64,000 nt of DNA. It comes from Octopus vulgaris. Its lineage: Eukaryota. Positions 54,256 through 64,000 of this stretch are shown piece after piece. Location of the stretch: the NCBI GenBank assembly GCA_951406725.2, contig OX597820.1, forward strand, positions 118,606,001 through 118,670,000. Reading direction: 5' to 3'. A program made the translations under genes and the position numbers. The first letter of the stretch is position 1, and each line of letters opens with the position of its first letter. Under the pieces are notes generated by a model. The model made no database searches, was not told the DNA's origin, and saw only the letters and a list, made by a program, of their open reading frames with translations.

Positions 54256-54670
54256 CGCAGGAGTGGATGTGTGGTAAGTAGCTTGCTAACCAGCCATATG
54301 GTTCTGGGTTCAGTCCCACTGCGTGGCATCTTGGGCAAGTGTCTTTTGCTATAGCCCCGGGTCGACCAATGCCTTGTGAGTGGATTTGGTAGACGGAAAC
54401 TGAAAGAAGCCTGTCGTATATATGTGTATATATATGTGTGTGTGTGTATATGTTTGTGTGTCTGTGTTTGTCCCCCTAGCATTGCTTGACAACCGATGCT
54501 GGTGTGTTTACGTCCCCGTCACTTAGCGGTTCGGCAAAAGAGACCGATAGAATAAGTGCTGGGCTTACAAAGAATAAGTTCCGGGGTCGATTTGATCGAC
54601 TAAAGGCGGTGCTCCAGCATGGCCGCAGTCAAATGACTGAAACAAGTAAAAGAGTAAAAGAGTAAAGAGT
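54253..54670 (+). mobile_element. SINE family C, full length
   Basis: ggcgcaggagtgg..gggttcagtccc head, cttgggcaagtgtctt CORE-like, internal TA/TG, (gtaaaaga)n tail. Confidence 0.9.
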
Positions 54671-54691
54671 ATATATATATATATATATATA

Positions 54692-54900
54692 TGGGAGAGT
54701 TTACGAAAAAAACAAAAGACGAAGACAGGTGGTGTACAAAGCAAACAGATGTATTAGTATAACAAGTCTTAGTATAAAAAGTCTTTTACGTTTCGAGCCT
54801 ACGCTCTTCTACAGAAAGGGACACAGAAAAAACAAGGAGAGAAACAAGGAAAGAAAAAAAATTGTGTAGTGGCTAACGATCTATCATGGCGATTGACCAT

Positions 54901-54903
<3 letters not shown>
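54692..54903 (-). mobile_element. ~210-bp non-coding repeat in (TA)n with minimal hammerhead at 54783-54818
   Basis: Reverse complement cttt-CTGTAGA-a-gagc gtag gctc-GAAACGTA-aaag. Confidence 0.75.
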
Positions 54904-54935
<32 letters not shown>

Positions 54936-54947
54936 TGTCGTGCCTGC

Positions 54948-55167
54948 GGAGAGTAATTTTCTCTTTGTGCTTTATAATGTAACACACTCACCGGTAAAAT
55001 TTCCACGTATTTCTTATTTTTATTTTCTTAAAATCTTCGCTGTGTCAAAACTATTGAAAAGGTTGGAAGACGCAACGAAAATTTTAGGAAAATAAAAATA
55101 AGAAAGAGGTGGAAATTTTACCAGTGAGTGTGTTACATTATAAGGCACAAAAAGAAAATGACTCTCC
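54948..55167. repeat. Fold-back (~100-bp arms) with hammerhead-like motif at 55051-55087 (+)
   Basis: Arms share gtaacacactcac/gtgagtgtgttac; cta-TTGAAAA-g-gttg gaagacg caac-GAAAATTT-tag. Confidence 0.7.
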
Positions 55168-55235
55168 CCAGACATAACAGAATATGCTTCAACACACGAA
55201 CTCATATAAAGAACTTTGCAAACCAAATCTCAAAA

Positions 55236-55287
<52 letters not shown>

Positions 55288-56121
55288 GAATGTATGTATG
55301 TATATCATTATTTATTATATTTCAATATTTCTTGCCAATAGAGAAAGAACCGGTTTCTAATCTAGATTCACGCCTCCTTCATTGGAGTTTCAACACCACC
55401 AAGGTGTTTTTGTTTGTATGTATGTAGGTATGTATATATTTGTATGCATGCATGTATGTATTTATGTGTGTATATGTAGCTATAGATATATAAATTTATT
55501 GAGAGAACAAAATACAATTATGTATATATATTGTGAATGTGTGTGTGTCCACGAGAGTTTGTATGTAAGATGTGAAGAGATAAATATACGCAATGTCTCT
55601 AGTCTCTCCCCCACTGCCTCGTCCTATCAATATATTTCTGCTACCATATATAGCAGTTTGCTTGGATCACATTTGCAAGAAGCTATTAGGCAATGTGCAA
55701 CAGGTCAGTGGCGCCCTTTAGAACTTCTTAATGACAAACACGGAACCAACGCCCACCTCTTCCTCATCGCCAGCTATACACTACAACAACCACAATAACT
55801 AGCATTCTTATTTCATCCTCCTTCACTCTGTATGACGCCATCTTCTATATCTGTTGTGTTTGTTGACTGACCATTGTATGGCTGTTTACGTGAACAAAAT
55901 TGCAGATAGCTCACAGCCAGCGCTTAGAATCCTTCAGCTTTTTTTTCGTTTTTTTTTTTTTCCATTTTGTTGATTTCGCTTGTATTGTTGTTTTGAATTT
56001 ATTAATTTTTGTTTTTGTTGTAAATCCACTACGGCAAAACCTCGCTTATGGTTTCATCAATCACGTAGTTATTACGCATGCGTGCACAATATTTCTACAT
56101 GCATGACAGGATTTTCATATC

Positions 56122-56159
<38 letters not shown>

Positions 56160-56405
56160 TACTATTATTATTGTTGTTATTATTATTATTGTTGTTGTTG
56201 TTGTTGCTATTATTATTATTATTATTGTTGTTGTTGTTTTTATTGTTATTTTTCAAATATATACACTGAATTGTATTTTTTTTATTCCGAGGTGGTGAGG
56301 TGCTTGTGCAGAGCAAGGGATGTTTAGAACTTCTTAGAATATGTACGTTGGCACTTTTACAACAACAACAACAACAGTCAAATCGCCTCAGCTAATAACA
56401 ACAAT

Positions 56406-56438
<33 letters not shown>

Positions 56439-56639
56439 ATCATGCAAGAAGAGCATTAATATGAGATTGAAAAAAAAATATTATTCATTGTCAATAACGA
56501 ACTTTTTTCTCACTTTCAAAATGTCGTCATCACTTGTTTAGAATCTTCTTCTCTGTTTATTTCGTTTCCTACCATTTTATGTTGTCCTGTCAGATTACAT
56601 TTTATACAAGACACTGACTGTTGTTGTTGCCATTATTAC

Positions 56640-56682
<43 letters not shown>

Positions 56683-56725
56683 GTCATTATTATTATCATT
56701 GTTATTATTGTTATTATTATTATTA

Positions 56726-56802
<77 letters not shown>

Positions 56803-57179
56803 GAAATATTGCGAAAATATACGAAAAGGTATATAGTATAACAATAATGTTTCTTACCACGCCTTTATGTGTGTATGTATGTATGTATGTATGTATTACG
56901 TATTTATGCAAGTATGCGTGTAAGTATGTATATGTATGTAATGTATGTATGTTTGTATTTATGTGTGTATGCATGTATTACGCATGTATGCAGGTATGCA
57001 TGTAGGTATGAATGTAGGTATGGTTATGCACATAAGTATGTAAACGTGTGTGTGTTTATGTCCAGTGATATTGGGCCCTTTATATGCACACTGACGCATA
57101 TATGTCTGCATATCGGAGTGTATGTGCGTAATGTGCATATTTGTGTATATATATATGTATACATATAAATATATATATT

Positions 57180-57259
<80 letters not shown>

Positions 57260-57404
57260 CCCACATACATATATATGCATATGTACATATACATCAGTGT
57301 CTCACTCTCTCTCTATATGTATATATATATATATATATACTGTATATATATATCATAGATATACATACATATATACATATATATATATATCGTATATATA
57401 ACTT

Positions 57405-57498
<94 letters not shown>

Positions 57499-57824
57499 TA
57501 TGTACTTCACTACAATACATTGTCAATTCACTATGCCTATTGGTCTCGTTAAGAGTACTTAATCAATTTCCTTTTAGCTTCCAGCTCAGTTTCTTCACTC
57601 TGATTTTCTAATTCTCGTATTTTCCTATTCTCTTTTGTTCCATTTGACTTTTTTTATTATATGTATTCGTCTTTTCTCAGAAGTTTCTCTAACTTGAAGA
57701 ACAAATGAAATTACTTGAAACAGTAAAAATAGAGAACACTTCCATAATCTGTCTATGTTAGCCCGTTACCAACTTTATATGTTCAGTTAAAATGTAAAAC
57801 CAGCACCCCAACCCGTTAACCCTC

Positions 57825-57924
57825 NNNNNNNNNNNNNNNNNNNNNNNNNNNNNNNNNNNNNNNNNNNNNNNNNNNNNNNNNNNNNNNNNNNNNNNNNNNN
57901 NNNNNNNNNNNNNNNNNNNNNNNN
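57825..57924. other. Assembly gap (100 N)
   Basis: N run. Confidence 1.
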
Positions 57925-58137
57925 CTACGCAAAATACTTTCTTTGTAATCTCAAGTTTTAAAACAAACAATTTTCGTATGGTTTTTTAGGCATTCACTAG
58001 TACAACACTAAGTACAAAACCAAATATATGGCACCCTAGGCATAACACCAACATGAACTTTCAACTTGTTGTCTCTTGAGGTCTCTGGGTGAGACTTGGA
58101 GCCAGCTTGTGCAAATGTAAAGCAAAAGTCAAACATA

Positions 58138-58173
<36 letters not shown>

Positions 58174-58198
58174 TAATAATAATAATAATAATAATAAT

Positions 58199-58246
<48 letters not shown>

Positions 58247-58264
58247 TATAATAATAATAATAAT

Positions 58265-59612
58265 AGGGATTTTTCAGGGTGACAGCCTATCTCCGTTGCT
58301 TTTCGTTCTCTGCATGATACCTCTGACCTTGGTGCTCAGGAAAATTAACCTGGGGTACCAACCAAAGGAAAAATCCCAAACAATCAACTACCTTCTCTTC
58401 ATGGATGATTTGAAACTGTATGGCAAAGATGAGACGCTACTGAGTGCCTTAGTGAACACGGCCAACTGTTTCAGTTCTGATATTAGAATGGAATTTGGAC
58501 TCAAGAACCGCGGAGTAATCCACCTAAAGAGAGGCTGGGTATAGTCCCTATCAGGGATAGGATTACCGAATAGAAACCTCATTAAACAAATTTAAACGGA
58601 AGGATACAAATACTTTGGTGTACTAGAGTGTAGCGGAATAATGGAAAAGGAAACGAAGGAGCAACTGAGGATGGAGTATTTCCGAAGACCGAGGTTGGTG
58701 CTGCGCTCAAAACTGACTGGATGGAGTAAAATCCAAGGCATTAATATGTGGACGATAGCATCACTTTGGTATGGAGAGGGAATCATAAAATGGCAAAGGA
58801 GAGAAGTGAAGAAAATGGATACCAAGACCAGAAAAACGTTGACAGTAAAAGGAAACTTCCATCCTAAGAGGGACACCGATAGGCTGTACTTGTCCAGAAA
58901 AAAGGGTGGGAGAGGTTTGATTAGTTGCCAGGACCGCATCGAAGCAGAGGAAAACAGCCTAGGGTTGTACATAAAAAAATGCCGTGGAGCCACTGTTGAA
59001 ACACACGAAGGCCGGCGCCATCAAAACTGAAAATTGGGCAACAAAAAGAAAAAATTAAACAAGAAAAGAACAAAAAAAAAAAAGAAAAGGCATGGAAAGA
59101 AAATGTACGGTTAGTTTGCAAGAGATGTGGACGTTAAGACAGATATAGAGGACCAGTGACTTTGAATGAGTAGGAGTTACCTAACGATAGAGACAGAAAC
59201 ACTCATATGTGCAACACAGGAACGAAACGTTAAGGACCAGTTATATGAAGTGTCGAAATGCCAACTATATCGATAGCGACAAATGCAGAATGTGTTGAGA
59301 GAGGGGTGAAACGGTATGACATATACTTAGCAAATGCCTGAAATTGGCACAACGCGAATGCAAACGATGCCATGACGATGTGGCAAGAATGATCCATTGA
59401 GAGCTCTGTGGAAATCACGACCTACAAAAAAAAAAAGAAAACAAAGCAAAAGGAGTCATTGAAAATGAGAATTGGAAAATCATGTGGGATGTAATGATCC
59501 AGTGCGAATAGGGCATTGTTGTGGTGAAGAAAAAAGAAAGAACATGTATGATTATCGACATAGCATGCCCCGGTAACGACAGGACCCATGTGAAGAAGTT
59601 ACGGGAACATAA
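58265..59612 (+). pseudogene. 5'-truncated R4/Dong-type LINE (RT, CCHC remnant, restriction-like endonuclease) directly after (TAA)n
   Basis: GIFQGDSLSPLLF, LFMDDLKLY, MEFGLK, YKYFGVLE, RLYLSRKKGGRGL, KIMWD, CMIIDIACP; many stops and frameshifts. Confidence 0.9.
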
Positions 59613-59658
59613 ACACTCCAGCATCTGTTGTCAAACGATGGTGGGTGAAAAAATACAG

Positions 59659-59714
<56 letters not shown>

Positions 59715-60251
59715 ATATGTAACCCAGAACCTGTTTGACAAAAAAAATCCAGCATTCCAATTAAAGAGCATAAAATCCACAGAATTGTCTCCCCTTACTC
59801 ACAGGAAATGGATAACTCCTACCCCATTTCCTGTTTCGACACAAAATCACCCAACTCTTTCAAACTAAACACTACACTTAAACACATGCATCCTAATCCT
59901 CCAAAGAGGTTTTTCCAAGGACTATTATTGAACTCTAAAAAGTATAAAGACATTACAATGTATTGTTATACTTATTTAATAATTTTTGTATATATGTATT
60001 ATTATTTTTTTGAAAAAACAAACATTGTAAATTCCTTCCTCAATTTAAAAAAAAATTTTCCTCTTCCAAATTTTGAAAATTTGCCTTGCAATGAAAGCCG
60101 CTATGATTTATTTTTTGTTTTTTAATTTTTCATTCGCCCATTTTTATTAAAATTTACTTTCAATTTAGAATCCTGACTTATTATTTTTTCCTCTCCTATC
60201 ATTTCTCCACGTGCGGTTAACACAACCCCGCCATTTACTGACTAATATATG

Positions 60252-60304
<53 letters not shown>

Positions 60305-60310
60305 ATATTG

Positions 60311-60591
60311 CGTCTCATGTTTGATCTTTGACTTCTTGGCCGAAATCAGATCGCCATGTTGATTCGCTAGCTTCTGCACGCATATTTTTGTTCTCTCCTT
60401 CTTTCTGTGTTTTTTCTCTGTGTATCTTTCTGTTGAAGAGCGTAGGCTCGAAACGTTAAAGACTTGTTTCATTTATATTTCCTGAGCGCCGTACTAATAC
60501 AATTGTTTGTTTGTATTCCACCTGCCTTCGTCTTTTGTTTATTTTCCGTAAACCTGCCTTCGTCTTTTGTCTATTTTCATAAAGCTTCCCG

Positions 60592-60594
<3 letters not shown>
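60311..60594 (+). mobile_element. Non-coding repeat in (TA)n with minimal hammerhead at 60425-60462 and duplicated 3' segment
   Basis: tcttt-CTGTTGA-a-gagc gtag gctc-GAAACGTT-aaaga; acctgccttcgtcttttgt present twice. Confidence 0.78.
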
Positions 60595-60643
<49 letters not shown>

Positions 60644-60724
60644 GACTTCCTTCGGTTTCCGTCTACGAAATTCCGTAGGAAGAATCCCGTATTATGTATG
60701 TATGTATGTATATATTCCCTCAAA

Positions 60725-60780
<56 letters not shown>

Positions 60781-61840
60781 CACACACACTCATATAGGGG
60801 AGGGTCTTTGTGTCTGTGGCTGTCTCGCATAACCGGTTGACAACCGGTGTTGGTGTGTTTAAATCCCCGTCACTTAGCTGTTCGACAATAAATACCGAAA
60901 GAATAAGTACCAGGCATTTAAAGAATAAGTACCGGGGTCTACTCATTCGACTAAAATTTCTTCAAAGCGGTGCCCCAGCATGACCGCAGCCGAATGTTTG
61001 AAAACAAGTAAATGATTAAAGATCTCAAGTAATTTGATTTTTCTTAGCTTTATTTCCTATCGTTTTGAGTGGGTAATCTCTTTCGCTTGGACACACAGAC
61101 ACGCACACAGACTCACGAATAGTTAAGACAGAAATAAAATTTTCGATTTGAATTCAGTTTCGATATTCAGGTATCAAAATTCGTTTTGATTTTTTTAAGA
61201 CGGAATTTCCTTTTTCTCAAACTTAACGAATCTTCCTTCAACGGAAATTTCAAATACATATCGAAAATAAGTTGCTTCTGAATTTCTATTGTTTTTATAG
61301 AAATTGCTGTCCTATTTCATTTCCTTTCTTCCCACGCTTATTTCGTAGATTATCTTTCTTATTCTCTGTCTTCGAAATAAGATAAGACAATATAATTGCT
61401 TATTATCAAAGTAATACTATCTTTTATAGAATTACAATGGTTTCATATATAATAAATACACAACGAATGTATTTACCAATGTATTACTAAGTTACCAAAT
61501 AACTTGCAGGTTGTGGGAGAGGTGAATAATAAATAGATAAATAACAACACGTGTTACTTATTTGCACAAAGTGTGCAACGAAATGTCCTTTATGCATAGA
61601 CATGTTGTTCTAGATATAGCAACCAAATCCACAAAAAAACCGCACTATAGCGTGTTAAAAAGAAAGTAAACATTGTATATTGTAGTCCCGGAGACAACAT
61701 TCTCTCTGAAAAGCTAAAATGAAGACAGCCCTCCGCCAGACACACTCGCATACAAAACAGCAGGATAATCACGCATGAAACATGTGGCGATAAGTCTTCT
61801 CGGCCAGCACTGATTGTCCTGTGGTTGAAAAATAATAACA

Positions 61841-61902
<62 letters not shown>

Positions 61903-61903
<1 letters not shown>

Positions 61904-62452
61904 TGCAGTACCAGGCAGTGGCTCTCGCATGGCTTCTGATCTTAACTGATTGGAAGTGTTATCATGTACATTGTTTTGTCTTGGTATAAAAGATGGGCTA
62001 CAGCAAATATTCTGCTCAATACCACAGATTTGCTTGTCAGTTGTTTGACCTTAACCAGTTGAGCATGTCCCTTAGTGGCTGACGATATGTGCATCTCTGA
62101 TCACGAGCAGAAGTAGTGGGGGAGCATCATAGCCATGTGTTGAGAGGGATTCTTTGGGGTTTGAATAATTCACCTCTGGAAACATGGGTGGTTCTTTCAA
62201 CATCCTTAAACAACCCTTATTCAGGGACCTTTTGAGCAGGATGGGCTACTCAACCTGAAGAAAATTCTAACTGGACCCCACCTGCAAGGTCATGTGCTGT
62301 TTATCTTGATATGAGATCACCATGTCGCGCACATATGGTTGTGATGCATGTGCCTGGTGTACCTTTATCCGACGGGTAGTCATGATGGGTATATTGGGCT
62401 TCGTATATTTTACCCCAGTGTCACTTTGATGACATGCACTGCTCTCTTACTC
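61903..62452 (+). mobile_element. Unclassified ~550-bp non-coding insertion in (TAA)n
   Basis: GC-richer than flanks, sharply bounded by (TAA)n on both sides, no long ORF. Confidence 0.6.
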
Positions 62453-62472
62453 AATAATAATAATAATAATAA

Positions 62473-62960
<488 letters not shown>

Positions 62961-62991
62961 TAATAATAATTTTACCGAAAATCTCAGAACC

Positions 62992-63060
<69 letters not shown>

Positions 63061-63074
63061 CATTATTATTATTA

Positions 63075-63120
<46 letters not shown>

Positions 63121-63180
63121 ATAGTTTTATTTTTATAGCGCAGCTGTGTGTGCCTTGGGTATGTGCTGTGATTTGTTGTG

Positions 63181-63558
63181 GTGCTCTGATGGTTAATACA
63201 GTAACCATCATAAAAATAAAACTACTGAATAATAATAATTATAGGTTCTGAGGTATTCGGTAAAATTTACATTATTCTACAACTGTACAATGCCTACATC
63301 GAATCATTAACCGCAAACTGCGTCTGCCTTAATCTCCACAAACTTACAAATACAAGTCATTTCCATAGACATTTGGAAATGACTTGTATTTGTAAGTTTG
63401 TGGAGATTAAGGCAGACGCAGTTTGCGGTTAATGATTCGATGTAGGCATTGTACAGTTGTAGAATAATGTAAATTTTACCGAATACCTCAGAACCTATAA
63501 TTATTATTATTCAGTAGTTTTATTTTTATGATGGTTACTGTATTAACCATCAGAGCAC
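63181..63558. repeat. Perfect palindrome, 185-bp arms, 8-nt spacer
   Basis: 63181-63365 is the reverse complement of 63374-63558; spacer tagacatt. Confidence 0.95.
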
Positions 63559-63569
63559 ATATATATGTA

Positions 63570-63741
63570 CATATATACGACAGGCTTCTTTCAGTTTCCG
63601 TCTACCAAATCCACTCACAAGGCTTTGGTCGGCCCGAGGCTATAGCAGAAAACACTTGCCCAAGGTGCCACGCAGTGGGACTGAACCCGGAACCGTGTGG
63701 TTGGTTAGCAAGCTACTTACCACACAGCCACTCCTGCGCCT
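63570..63741 (-). mobile_element. SINE family C, 5' half
   Basis: Match to the head of 54253. Confidence 0.88.
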
Positions 63742-64000
63742 ACATTATTAAGAACAACAACATCTGGAGATTTTTACTTAGGGACAAAACCGTTTCGATC
63801 TTACAAACTTATGATGGAAGGTGTACAAGCCATGATATTTTACTGTGATTTCTTTTCCAATAGGAACGGTTTACCCTATGCCAGTGGTTCACACACTGAC
63901 AAACACCAGCACAATTACCAAATTTTGTGGAATTTTTTGTTCCGAAGTCCTTGTTATTAATGACTTCTGATTTCCATAGAGGGTCAGCGGTTTTGAAGGA

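Overview
AT-rich, repeat-saturated animal genomic DNA with no recognisable host exon. The SINE/LINE repertoire and microsatellite load suggest a cephalopod (Octopus-like) genome; this is inference. The only intact genes are ORF1 and ORF2 of a full-length, young Tx1-type (L1-clade) LINE at 27481-33368, inserted in a (TATC)n array. The rest comprises a decayed Penelope-like element, R4/Dong-type LINE fragments in (TAA)n, Tc1/mariner fossils, Merlin-like, hAT and Helitron non-autonomous elements, four tRNA-SINE families, minisatellites, a perfect 185-bp-arm palindrome and a 100-N gap. The ORF track does not show an RNA-level layer: about a dozen minimal Type I hammerhead-ribozyme motifs in short non-coding repeats, most next to (TA)n. 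Four carry a compensatory U3:A8 core and several sit at fold-back junctions. A ~550-bp non-coding element also starts at an HDV-like ribozyme fold. All structures were folded by eye.
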